A stretch of DNA of 63,921 bases, counting the filler, from Reticulomyxa filosa (Eukaryota > Protista > Foraminifera), in the NCBI GenBank assembly GCA_000512085.1. It is 16 parts of 16 records of this genome, joined end to end, with 100 filler letters (N's around TTAATTAATTAA, not from the genome) between each part and the next. Parts side by side here need not be neighbours in the genome. Positions count along the whole stretch, not along the records: positions 8,645 to 11,869 come from ASPP01005334.1; positions 11,970 to 14,599 come from ASPP01021075.1; positions 14,700 to 16,028 come from ASPP01015412.1; positions 16,129 to 18,144 come from ASPP01009807.1; positions 18,245 to 19,734 come from ASPP01010294.1; positions 19,835 to 25,862 come from ASPP01018340.1; 10 more parts are not named here. One strand, given 5' to 3'. Positions 11,848 to 24,077 of the stretch are shown here, piece by piece. Under the pieces are notes generated by a model. It worked only from the letters and a program-made list of their open reading frames with translations. It made no database searches and was not told the origin of the DNA. Positions within the stretch are counted from its first letter, which is position 1, and each line of letters starts with the position of its first letter. Position numbers and translations under genes: made by a program.

Positions 11848-13771
11848 CTGTGTACATTGAAATAAATAANNNNNNNNNNNNNNNNNNNNNNNNNNNNNNN
11901 NNNNNNNNNNNNNTTAATTAATTAANNNNNNNNNNNNNNNNNNNNNNNNNNNNNNNNNNNNNNNNNNNNAAAATTTTTTTAAAGTAAATGAAAGAATAAA
12001 ATTTTTGAAAAAAATGTAAAGACTTAATAAAAAACCAAAATGATATTTAAAAACTACACTATTCTTATATATTTTTTTTAAAATAAAAAAAAAATTTGAT
12101 TAAATGTTGTTTTTTCATTGAGAAACACAATCATCTCTATAAGGTGGCATTTTATGTGTCAACTTTCTTTTTTATCTTACTGTATGATGTGAATTTATAA
12201 AACTCTGAGTGATTTATGTCAATGGACTTCTATGTAAAAGTTCGGCCCTGGTTTGTATAATAAGTGTTCAAGTACCAGAGTTCCAAAGAAAGATATGGTC
12301 CAATTACATTATGATCCATTGGCACGGTCAGAGAAATAAAATATCTATCAACAACTAGCATGCAAGACAACAATCAATGTAAACGACAATAATAATAATA
12401 TGCGATTAAATGTGACAGCTCTGGTGCTTTTCTTTTTTTAAAAGAAAAATATTTGTTTTGTTGATTATGCAACTCAAAAACTGCAAAGACAATATGAAGT
12501 TGTATGTTGATTTTTGTTGTTTAAAATGTAATACATCAAATGGGTTGTCGACATAGATAAAAAGAAAAGGATCCCAATTGTGATTCGTCATTCTCGACAA
12601 ATGAAGAAAAGTGAAAACTTATTCTTCAACAATAATGAGTTTTCCAAACACAGATGCAAGATCGGTGCAATGGAGAGACGATATCACAAAATCAGTGCTT
12701 GAAATGGCCGAAATGTGTGTTGTCGTCAATATAATCAATTAAAATCGAATCCGAAAGAAAAGGAAAAAAACATTGAAAGCATTGGACAAGAACAATTTTT
12801 TTTGTGCAAGAAATGGCGTGGGCAATCAAAACGGAAGTTAGTTGTTTATATTGTTTACATAATGTTAGTCATTTGATATTCATCAATAGAAAATATTTTA
12901 GTGTTGATTAATGGCATAAAAAACATGGATCGAAGACAATTGGATGATTTCCAAAAATTAAGTTTTATTTATTCGATTGGCAGCAAGAATTCAATTTTTG
13001 TATATTGCATTTTATTTCAATTGCTCCATTATCACTTTATAAATGACTGAAGTCACCAACAATACAAACAAAGAGACAATCACAATGACTGAAGTTTTTG
13101 ACTTTACTTAATTTTTTAATGAATTTTGTTTTCTTTTGAAATGTTGTTAAGAAAAATCAAATATGTCGTCGGGTTTTCCCTTCTGCTTTTTTAATTCTTT
13201 TCTTCATCAATTATTGGCGAATCGCAGTTTAAATACTTGTTCTTTTTGTATTCTTTTTATTTCCTAATAAAAAAATAGCTTAATGTTTATCACAAACAAG
13301 ATACATTTATGTTGTTGTCATTCCATTGAACACGAACACAACAGAATGCGTTCATCTTTTGCCAAATCAACACTACATTAATCCAATTTTAAATTAGGTA
13401 CAATCAATTAAGTAAGAGCTGTTTTTTTTTTTTGCACAGAGGAGGGAGAAAGAAATGTAAAGGAAAACAAGAGCAAATAAGACAACAAAAAATTTATAGT
13501 TTTAAGCAATCTTCAGCGAATTTTCCACTTTCAAGAGAGGAAAACAAAGAAAAAGCAAAAAACTCAAAACAAATCGATCAATATAAGATTTACTTTTGAG
13601 CTAAAAAAGGTGTGTAACAATGCTGTTTGTTGCGAAATTGCTTATTTCTAATGGCGTTGTGCAATTGTTTATCCATTACTCTTTTTATATGTGTACAAAA
13701 TACAAACAAACAAAAATGTTTTCATCCTCTAAGATATGTGTACGTGTATGTGTTGAACGCGGATAGAAGAC

Positions 13772-13855
13772 ATGGACGGGAAGAAAAAGTTGACAGGATC
13801 AGGAGTACCTTTGCGAGGAGGTGATATTGTGACTGAAGACAACGACAATAGCAAC

Positions 13856-13921
<66 letters not shown>

Positions 13922-14553
13922 GCAAATAAGAAAAATGAACAAAAACTACGTCCCGATGCACCCGAGTTTGATGGGATTGGTGGTTACGATCCGCATAATA
14001 TTGATCCTTATAAGCCTCCGCATGGTGTGTCTACTCGTCCCGAGTATGTGCGTCCGGCCGAAATCCCATCCAGAGCAGCATGGAACAACATTGCAGGCAC
14101 TCATGCAGGGCCATCGCAGATGGCACATATGCAGCCCATGTACACGGTCCCCTCGCGCACTCCGCAAATGCACCTGCCGCCGCAAGAAGGGATCAATGCG
14201 CCACCGCTCGCGACACATGGACATATGATGTCCCACATGCATGTCTCATCGCAAGGTATGGTGCACAGAAGCGGGCAAACCCGAGGAGGTGGAAGCGGAG
14301 GAGTCAGCAATCATCCCTCTGCCAATGCTAATACTAACACTAACGCCAATGCCAATAATGCGAATGCCAATGTGGGCACTAGTTCTCGTTTGCACTCACA
14401 GGGCTTGACAAGTCCATATGACGTCAGTCAGTCTAGTCGACTCGAAGGACTGCGCTCCCAAGGGGGACTCGTCAACAGCAGCAAAGGCAGCAATGCATTT
14501 GGACCAACCACTGTGGATGCTAACAAACATGGTGTCACAAATGCAATGCAAGG
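13772..14553 (+). CDS. Low-complexity Asn/Pro/His-rich protein, first exon (3' partial)
   Basis: ATG 13772 opens an ORF with poly-Asn that ends at a GTATG donor before a poly-T run and the contig end. Confidence 0.65.
13856..13915. repeat. (AAT)n coding microsatellite, poly-Asn
   Basis: About 20 perfect AAT units. Similar tracts lie at 19835-19868 and 25820-25862. Confidence 0.95.
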
Positions 14554-14558
14554 TATGA

Positions 14559-14599
<41 letters not shown>

Positions 14600-14699
14600 N
14601 NNNNNNNNNNNNNNNNNNNNNNNNNNNNNNNNNNNNNNNNNNNTTAATTAATTAANNNNNNNNNNNNNNNNNNNNNNNNNNNNNNNNNNNNNNNNNNNN

Positions 14700-16021
14700 C
14701 AACAGCCATGACTTTGGTAACGGCAGGCAAGATACCCGAAACGGCGACCAAATCTTGCCCAGTCTGGATTTGGCCAAGTTTTCGAGCGAATCCAAGACGG
14801 CATTCATGACGATTTCTTCTTCTCCAAACCTCTCGACCAGATACTTCAAGTGGTCCATGCCGTTGACTTTGCCAAACTCGAGAGCGGCCTTTGGGTCGTA
14901 GAGCAAGCGTCCAAGTGCGCGTGTCGCGTTGGCAAGCACGCCAATGTCGTCGGGCGACAACTCCTGCTGCTTGCATTTGAAATGGACCAAATTGAGCAGC
15001 GCATTCACGCCTCCTTTGCCGGCAAAGTATTGGGCGTTTTCTGTAATCAACGCCAGGTTGCCCAGCAGACCCAACGCCTCGGTGATCATTTTGTTGTCGT
15101 ATTTGTCAAACGAAAACAGCACGTTCAGCGCCTTTGTCAAGTCGTCCTCTCCAGCAAGCACCTTCAATGCCGCCGCCCCACTGTGCACCAGTTTCACCAA
15201 GTCGGGGTTGGCCTGCATGGCCTTTGATATTATTCCGACCGCGTCAAGCTGTTGCATTTCTTTCAGATATTTCGGGTCTAATCTTGCAAGCGACTGGTAA
15301 CACAAAAAAAATCCCAATCATATTTGAGGTGACGTAAAAAAAAATTATTTGATCGTATTTGATATCATTCGTTCATTCACATTCCAATTGATAATTGAAT
15401 TTAAAAAAAAAAAAAAAGGGGGGGGGTTTGAAAAATAACTCTCGCATTAAAAAAAAAAAATAGACGTGTTTAAATTGTTAACTCACCGTCAACAATTCGC
15501 AACCATTGATCGCCAATTTGGCATTATTGGGATGTATCTTCATGGCGTCCAAAACGGGTTTGTAGAGTTTGATTTGGCCGATATCTCGCACAATGGCGGG
15601 CTGGGTTTGGCCCAGGAGGTTGATGGTTTGCACCAGTGAGGCCGACAGCTCACTGTTGGCAATGTTTTTGATCAGACAATCGTTCAACGCGTCCAAAGCG
15701 CCTTTCTTGATCACGCCATCGGCCGCGATCTTGGGCTGCGTCGAGTACTTCAAACAGCTGTCGATCATGTCTAATGCATATACACCACACTCGTTGGGGT
15801 TCGTTTTGATTATATCCAAGCACTCATCCAATATTCCACACTCGGCAATTTTGTCACAGAAATGGGGAGACGCTTTTGCTATGTTTTTGATCAAGCGCGC
15901 CATTTCTTTTATTATTGCCGGCGATGATTTGTGGTGTTTCATTACATCACGAATCAGTTCAATGCCCCCCAATTCTGCTATGTATTCACAGTTGAAGCGG
16001 TTCTCTGCCAAATTTGCTATT
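14700..16021 (-). CDS. Armadillo-repeat protein, two internal exons
   Basis: ORFs 15478-16011 and 14652-15317 have ARM-like helices (ELGGIELIRDVMKHH, EALGLLGNLAL, GKGGVNALLNLV, ANATRALGRLL). A GTGAG donor lies at about 15486. Confidence 0.75.
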
Positions 16022-16130
16022 GTGTGTGNNNNNNNNNNNNNNNNNNNNNNNNNNNNNNNNNNNNNNNNNNNNTTAATTAATTAANNNNNNNNNNNNNNNN
16101 NNNNNNNNNNNNNNNNNNNNNNNNNNNNAT

Positions 16131-16174
<44 letters not shown>

Positions 16175-16177
16175 CAC

Positions 16178-17118
16178 TTAAACAGTAAAAATATAATCAT
16201 TTTTAAAGCGAGGACGTAATGGCCGAATATCCGTAGAATATCTGGGAATTTCTTTCACCAAATTCGTTCCGTATCGAATTTCCAACCACTCTCCTTCATC
16301 GTCCACAAATACTCGACCCACCATCCCACGCATCCATCTTTTTTTGCCACGAGAATACACTTCCACTACTGCGCCTCGTGTCCATGACAGTCGAATCTTT
16401 TTTATCATTTTTTTTTTTTTTCTCACCTTAAAAAAAAAAAAAAAAGGAGATAGAAAATTCTTTTTTTTTTCCCCCCCCCCCTCCCCCCTTGTATTCATAG
16501 GTCCAACTTGTGCATCCAAATCATTTTGTTCCGATTGTGTGGTATCCTTGTCCTTTGGAAGAGGCGATGAACTTGGCGTCTTGTCATTGTCTTCTCGCAA
16601 AACACCGGCTTTAACAAATGCCTCGATTGTTGGCGGCTTTTCTGTGCTTTTGATTTCTTCCCTTTGATAAGGTCGAATGGCGTCAACATCATCTCTTGGT
16701 ATTTGCTTCAATCGTACCATACGGCCTTTTCATCAAATACCCCCCATATACATATATACATATATTATATGTATGTGTGTGCATTAGTGTTGTTTACTCA
16801 CAGTCTGTTTCTCATTAGTGAGGGAAGCAAGCAAACAAACGGACGCAAAGCTAATCAAGACCTCTTTGTTTGGATCACTAACCTACGGTATATGCTACTT
16901 CTAACCATTCTCCTTCATCGTCCGAAAATGTTCGGGTTATATCACCTGGATACCATTCCTTAGATGACGCCGAATATACCTCAACTCGTGACCCAACCTT
17001 CCAGTCTTTTCGTGTCTATGATTTTATTCATTCTGTAACAAAATAGTTTGTCTACTGACGCAGGTTGTTCTTAGCTTACCTCTGAATCGTTGTTCTTGAT
17101 TTCTCTTTGTGTGGTCAT
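16178..17118 (-). CDS. Protein with at least two tandem Tudor/Agenet-like beta-barrel repeats (3' partial)
   Basis: Exon 1 reads MTTQREIKNNDSE. Repeat 1: WKVGSRVEVYSASSKEWYPGDITRTFSDDEGEWLEVAY..RLKQIPRDDVDAIRP. Repeat 2: WTRGAVVEVYSRGKKRWMRGMVGRVFVDDEGEWLEIRYG...KEIPRYSTDIRP. Confidence 0.72.
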
Positions 17119-17630
17119 TATAAGTTATTCGATCGATTGTAATTGAAAGTGAATCAAATATACCCTCTTTAATGCCACTACAAGTTTCGGGCTACAATCA
17201 AATGTTTAAAGTTAAATTACAAAGTTATTTGGAGGCAAGTACAGTAAATGCATTTAGTTAAATTATTGGTCAAATAAAAGTAAATTCCAATCGAAACAAA
17301 TTTTATGCTTAGGCTTGTAAAAACTCAAAACAGCCCAATGTAACAGCACAAGAAATTGCCAAAAACTTATGTGTACATTTTTCTATGTATTAGGTTTATT
17401 GCTAAAGAAACACGCAATCCTTTTGGTTGCTAAAATGTACTTTTATGGTTTAAATAAAGTTAAAAGTTAGTATGAATAAAACTTGGGTACGAATGCTCCG
17501 TTTTTTTTGATAAATTTAAATAAAGTCGAATGAACCAAGCGAAAAAAAAAGACTACAAAAAAGTTTCAATGCACGTTTGCTGTATTCCCCGGAATACATC
17601 CCAAATATGGATATAGCAACCAACAATGGA

Positions 17631-18144
17631 CTAAAAAAGATATGGTGCACTTTGGTGTTCGTTTGATAATTGAGTATTTGAGTCAAAATACAGACTATTA
17701 TTATCATTACCATTGTCATTGTTTGTTTCAGATTCGTTGCCAACAGAATCCTCATCACCCCAAAAATGAATTACAAAATCGGCTGCCATGGTATGACATG
17801 TGTCAGATATAGATGGCAAAGCCTGGATGCTTTCTAAACAATTCAATCCTCCTAATTCTTCCATTTTTGCCACCCAGGGGTTTTGTGCATACTGCGGTTT
17901 TCCAAAGTGTGTATTGAAAGCAACTAAACATCCCTCCAAAGATTCCATTGTCATCAATAGAATCTTTTCAATTCGAATAGTTTCAAGTAATGCAATCATT
18001 GCCTCAATAAACCCAGCATCTACTAAAATTTTCATTTGTTCGAATGTGGCTCCACACATGGCGTTTGACAGACACCAGCCAGCTTCCTTGCTGATGATGA
18101 TATCGCCATTTCGACATAAATTTATGACTTTCCTGAATAATAAT
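17631..18144 (-). CDS. Importin subunit alpha-like, C-terminal part
   Basis: KEAGWCLSNAMCGATFEQMKILVDAGFIEAMIALL...MEELGGLNCLESIQ matches the last ARM repeats and Arm_3 of importin-alpha. It is divergent. Confidence 0.82.
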
Positions 18145-18244
18145 NNNNNNNNNNNNNNNNNNNNNNNNNNNNNNNNNNNNNNNNNNNNTTAATTAATTAA
18201 NNNNNNNNNNNNNNNNNNNNNNNNNNNNNNNNNNNNNNNNNNNN

Positions 18245-18491
18245 TCATCAGTGCGATGCACACCGACGACAGCGCCAGGATGGAACCGACCGACAGGTCG
18301 ATGCCGCCCAGCAGGATGACCAGCGTCATGCCGAAGGCAATCAGCGCGTTGATCGACACCTGGCGCATCACGTTCATCAGGTTGCCCACGGTGAGGAAAT
18401 CCGGGCTCATGATGGCCAGCGCGCCGGAAACCACCAGCAGCGCGATGAAGGGGCCCAGCTTTTGCAGCGTGGCTTTTTGTTGTGCAGTCAT
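18245..18491 (-). CDS. rbsC: Bacterial ribose ABC transporter permease, 5' part
   Basis: MTAQQKATLQKLGPFIALL...SPDFLTVGNLMNVMRQVSINALIAFGMTLVILLGGIDLSVGS. It starts 4 nt after the rbsA stop. Confidence 0.9.
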
Positions 18492-18495
18492 GCTC

Positions 18496-19734
18496 TCAAT
18501 CCTGTGTTGTGCGGGTGTCGTGGCCGGCGGTGCCGGTGGCAGCGGCCATGATGTCTTCCTGGCTGAGGTTAGCCGCATCGAACAGCGCCGTCTGGCGCCC
18601 CTCGTGCAGCACCAGGATGCGGTTGCTCATCGCCATCACCTCGGGCAGCTCGGACGACACCATCACGATGGCCCCACCGGCGGCGGCCAGCTGGTTGATG
18701 ATGTGGTAGATCTCGGCCTTGCCGCCCACGTCCACGCCGCGCGTGGGTTCGTCCAGCAGCAATACCTTGGGGCGGGTTGGCCAGCCATTTGGCAAACACC
18801 ACTTTTTGCTGGTTGCCGCCGGACAGCGACTTCACGTCCAGCTCGGCGTCGCGGGTGCGGATGCGCAGCTGGCTGATCTGCTGCGCCACCGCCGCCTGCT
18901 CGGCAGCCTGGTTCACCACACCCAGCCGGGCGTAGTGGTTCAGGTGCACCAGCGTGGCGTTTTCGCGTACCGACATGCCCAGCACCAGGCCCTGGCTCTT
19001 GCGGTCTTCGGTCACGAACGCCAGGCCGGCGGCAATGGCGGCGGACGGGCTGCGCACGTCCAGCGGCGCCCCGTCCAGCCACACCTCGCCGGCGCTACGG
19101 CGATTGACCCCAAACAGCGTTTTGAGGATTTCGCTACGGCCGGCGCCCATCAGGCCGGCAATGCCCAGCACTTCGCCAGCGCGGGCCTCGAAGCTGATGC
19201 CGTCGATATGGCGGCCGTCGGACAAGCCGCGCACGGCCAAGCGCACCGCACCCGGCAGCACGTCACGGCCGGGGAAGCGGTCGCCGATCTCGCGGCCAAC
19301 CATCAGCTTCACCACTTCGTCGAAACCGGTGTCGGCAATCACGCGCTCGCCGACAAAGCAGCCATCGCGCAGCACGCTGATCTTGTCGCAGATGTGGAAG
19401 ATCTCTTCCATGCGGTGCGACACGTACACAATGGCCACGCCGCGCGCCTTCAGGCCGCGCATCAGCGCAAACAGGGTGTCGATCTCGCGCGCCGACAGCG
19501 CGGCGGTGGGCTCGTCCATGATCAGTACGCGGGCGTCCATCGCCAGCGCCTTGGCGATTTCCACCATCTGCTGCTGGCCGATGGACAGGCTGCCGGCTTC
19601 GGCGTCCACGTCGATCTGGCTGGCGCCCAGCGCGTCCAGCTGTGCCCGCGCCTGCTGGCGCATGGCCGCACGCTGGATCACGCCAAAGCGCGACGGCTCG
19701 CGGCCCAGAACAGGTTTCCATCACCGACAGCTGC
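18496..19734 (-). CDS. rbsA: Bacterial ribose/sugar ABC transporter ATP-binding protein (5' partial, one frameshift)
   Basis: Motifs [25 protein letters not shown]-like, YVSHRMEEI and LSGGNQQKV. After one extra base in the G run at 18769-18772 it continues [14 protein letters not shown] and SSELPE. GC-rich and intronless. Confidence 0.92.
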
Positions 19735-19834
19735 NNNNNNNNNNNNNNNNNNNNNNNNNNNNNNNNNNNNNNNNNNNNTTAATTAATTAANNNNNNNNNN
19801 NNNNNNNNNNNNNNNNNNNNNNNNNNNNNNNNNN

Positions 19835-19871
<37 letters not shown>

Positions 19872-19943
19872 CAAAAAAGGTAACTGAATCACGGTGATTT
19901 GTAGTCGTTGGATGCGTTTGTTCTTGATCTTCGGGTAGAGATG

Positions 19944-22900
19944 TCAAGGCGATGGTGGGAACCCTGGTGGTATCTTGATGAGTATTTGTGGAGGAGGACT
20001 GAGTGCACGGACATCCCTGCCTTGAATTGAGACTGTCGAACGATTGTATTCGCTGCCGGCCTGTTCGTTGTTCGTTGTATGGAGTTCTTGCGGTTGTGAC
20101 GTTTGATTCTGGTACTTGTTCAACTCCTCTTGCTCGTCCGTCGACTGATCCGAATACAAAATCTTCATCATCGAAAATGTCACCGCGATGAAACTGGCAA
20201 TCAACGACGCAAAAATACTGGTGCTGAACAGAGTACCCGTTCTCAACACCACGTAGTATTGCAATACAAAGGTGGGATAGGCTTCATAAATCACTTCCTT
20301 TATCAAACATATTGCATACATTACAAATGTAAAAAAAAAATAAAAAAATAAAAAAAAAATTAACCCAAAGTTTGAGTAAGTAATATTCACGATTCAACAA
20401 TTCGTTTTCTTCGTCCAAATTTTTGAACGATTTGATCCCGTAGAAAGCTCGTCCAATTCCGAGTAGAATGACCAGTTGATGACAAAAGCCATTTCTCTCT
20501 GTCCACACCACTCGTCGTTCTTTTTCCCCTGTGCTCTCGTCGTACATTGATTTTTGTTTCCAGCCTTTGACCTCGCGAATGTATAACGCGCTCAAAATTT
20601 GTGACGAAAGATTAAACGTTAATTGCATTATTGCCCACCAGTAATCTCCTGCAATGAACCATACTGCTATCACATTCACGTCTGATCCACAACAGCAAAG
20701 ACAATGACGTATCATTAAAAGAGGATCAAGGGGTCAATTGGAAACAAAATGCAAATGCAAATGCAAATGCAAATACATTTATGTATATAGATGATTGTGC
20801 AAACCTGTGACCAAATCCATGACACTAACAATGACAACACAAATGGTAATACCCATTTGCCGCAAATGGCGCTTTCTTCCAAGCAAAAACACGGAGATTG
20901 TAGGGACAATGATCAAGTACATTTCGCTCCAAAAAATGGCGACGAAAGAGATGGAATTGAAATGGAAGATTAGGATCATGGTCATTACAAAGATGACGTA
21001 GCCCATAACCACAAAAAAGAAGCGACTTTGAAGGATGACATAAAACCAAGACACGGTAAATGGAATAGCTAGAAAGAGCAGCCATATTGCATAATCCACC
21101 AGTAGTGCGTAATATATGTACAATACGAATGATATCCATAATAATGTCGTCATGCCGATCCAAAAGATTTTCTCATCGCGAGTGGAGCAGCATCCTAATT
21201 CCGATTCTTTTAATATTTTATTTAAGTTTTTTTTTTTTAGTTATCATAGGTCAATTAAAAAAAAAAAAATTGGATAATCCAAACTTTCCCCCAAAGTGTA
21301 GCGGGTATGTTGTTTCTTAATGTGGTTATTGCGACAATAACCGAGAAATGTGCAATCGTATTCGTCATATAACGCAATTGGCAGAAGTGTGATAAGCAAA
21401 CCTAGGTTCGATCCAAACAACAATGCATACACAAAATCAAACCACGTCGATCGTATCCCTTCGATGGACGTCTTTGCCAACAGGTCACGAAAGCTTAACA
21501 CAACTGTCAAGAACGACGATATCACGCATAAAAATATGTACACTGGTCCCCATCTTTTATTGATTTGTCCATTTTTGTTTTTAGTTATATTCACACACAT
21601 AATACATATACATTTTTTTGGTTAGGATAGTGTCTTTAGAAACCTGTCAATGGCAATGGAAAGATGACTGTCTTTTCTTTTAAAATAAATCATGCCTATA
21701 AACAATGAAAACATAACCATGAAAGCACCTATCGATACTGCGCGCATCGATGATGTCGTGTCTGCAGTTAGCTTCCATTCGCCAGCTTCGTTCATTCGAA
21801 ATGACATTTTTATTTTGTTTTCATTTAAGTTGTATTACTGTTATTGCCAAATGGGGAATTGATCATTTTTTAAAAAAAGGGAAGAAAAACATATACTCCA
21901 GAAAGTGTTACAAAACTGCCAATGCGACGATGACTTCCACCAGAAGTTCCATCAGCAGCTGTAGTGTTAAGGGAGGTTTGTGTGTCATAATCGCCGTTGG
22001 TATGGATGTTGATGTAGGTGTTGATGTAGGTGTTAATGTGGGCGTCGACATGGATGTTGAAGTGGGCGTTGATATGGATGTTGAAGTGGATGTCGAAGTG
22101 GATATCATGGTAGTTGTGGTAGCAGTAGGGTCATACACGTAAGTATTGCATGTGAGATCCGCGGAGCCGTTTTTACACAGATATTTGTGTTGCGCACTGT
22201 TGTAGCCAACGTCGCAAGACAACGACTCATCGTTACCACAATACATTTTCACATAAGGATAACAGGTGCTACTCATGTTGCTCCCGTGGCATTGCATCTG
22301 CACATCGTTAAAGCCATTCCTCGCATACGTTTTCATATTCGAACAATGTCCAGAGACGCAATTCACCTGGCAAGGCTTCTCTTCGTCGTCGGGTAGGTTA
22401 TTCTTGTCTTTCACATACATATATCAACATACATATGTACGTGTAATCGGATGTTTAATCTACAAATACATGGCTGACATGCAATCCTCTTTTTTCTCAT
22501 TTTATATGAAAATCGCTTTTAAAAAAAAAAGATTTGTGTCATTATTAGAAGCAAGGGGAGAGGGAACGTTAAAAAAAAAGGGGAAGGAGGGATAGTAAGT
22601 AGCTCATAATGATGTCAAGACATTGGAGAAGAAAGAAGGGATGCAAGTACAAACAAGGGGAGTACCTAAAATGGCAAGGGGACAGTAGAGATCGATCGTA
22701 TTTGAGGTGGAATTCTCAATCAAGGTACTGTTCGCGGAGTCACCACGTTTCAACCAAAGGCGTTGCGAAGAGGTCGCATTTAGTTGAGTAGTGAGACACG
22801 ATCCAACTGTATATACGTATACATTTATGTATGTATACACGTACTTGTTTATTGGATATCATTATCAGAAAATCTCTGCTATAGACAACATCTTAACATA

Positions 22901-23304
22901 CATGGCATACAACTGACGTAAACGTTGTTGGAATTTCGAATATTGAAATGCCCACTTACACATGTGTTATTGTTCAAACAAGATATATTGACCGTATTTA
23001 CCCCGTTTGCAAGGATTGTTCCACTGTAGAACGCGTTAGTGCCCAACACATTAATTTGCAGACTTGCCTGACCACTTGCAACTATTGTCGTTGACAAACA
23101 ACTTGACGCAGATTGACAGTTGACCACACATTTTGATGCTTGCGCGCTGCATATTAGGCTGTTCGTATTACACTGATTTCCTGGCCCAGTGTTGCAGTTG
23201 AAAATACACGTTGCATTATTTACTGGACATGACCAGGCTGCACAAGGTCTTAGCTTCCAGATGAAAATTATAAACAGCAAAGTCTGTAACTTTGCACAGA
23301 GCAT
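19944..23304 (-). CDS. Putative multi-pass membrane protein: signal peptide, Cys-rich ectodomain, Thr/Ser stalk, TM helices, XK-related (Xkr) domain
   Basis: In-phase junctions read from the sequence: IDR|WGPVYIF, TLGEK|SELGCC...IFWIGMTT, MDLVT|DVNVIAVWFIAGDYWW and LLKLW|EVIYEAYPTFVLQYY. The last two match XK-family motifs. The stalk-to-TM junction (about 21770-21990) is less certain. Confidence 0.68.
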
Positions 23305-24077
23305 GACTCTTTGATAACACAAACCAAGCTTTTTTGTTAAAAAACAACCGTTCTTCTTGGCAGATTTTACAAGACGTCTGTAATCAATTACTTCATTCTA
23401 ACATTTTCTTTAAATTGTGCTATCAAGTAGATTATCTTTACTTTGAAAATCTACAAACTTCATTTGTAATTTTATAATTGCAAGCCTGTTAATTTTGTTT
23501 TAGGGTAGAATTAAAAAATTGACACGTAAGTGTAATTTTGTACAGATAACCTTTTCCATGAAAAGCAAACGTTAATGTAAGTGTTAAAAATTTTGAAACA
23601 ATTGGAAGATAAAATAAAAAGCATCAAAACTTCATGATTTGTAAATATTTTTATTTAATATTGTTTTTCATGAAAAAATCGATTATCTCATAAGACATTT
23701 TAGATCTTATTCTTATCCTTCAGTACAGTCATCAAAAGATTTCGTTCAATCAACAAAAAAAGAAATTTGATTAAAATAAGATGAAGTAATCAACAATTAA
23801 CCCGTCTACAAAAATGCACGCAGATTGATATGCATGTGATATGAGTGTTAACCCAGTTTAATCAGTCTGGGAAACTATATAACATTCGGAAAGGTGATAC
23901 GCGATGACTTTTTCCTTTGTCTTGTGCCCTAATGATCGATAAGCTGACAGTCGACAGGAGCAAAAATTATTTTTAAATTTTGAAATTTGAACATTTTGAA
24001 GATCAATCATTTCAAGCTCGAGCAATAGGCAGATTAGTCTGTTGATTTGGGCTGGTCTATGATTAATTCAATATCCA

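Noticed and set aside
9600-11850. GC-rich exons here, in the ARM gene and in CUL4 as foreign DNA
   Set aside because: They are interrupted by host-type AT-rich GT-AG introns with (TA)n tracts, so they are native genes with uneven exon GC.
12220-12850. Coding-like but broken plus-strand stretch
   Set aside because: Probably another pseudogene, but I could not recognise a family motif, so it is not called.
18256-19790. Long plus-strand and alternative-frame ORFs over rbsA/rbsC
   Set aside because: Shadow ORFs expected in high-GC coding DNA.
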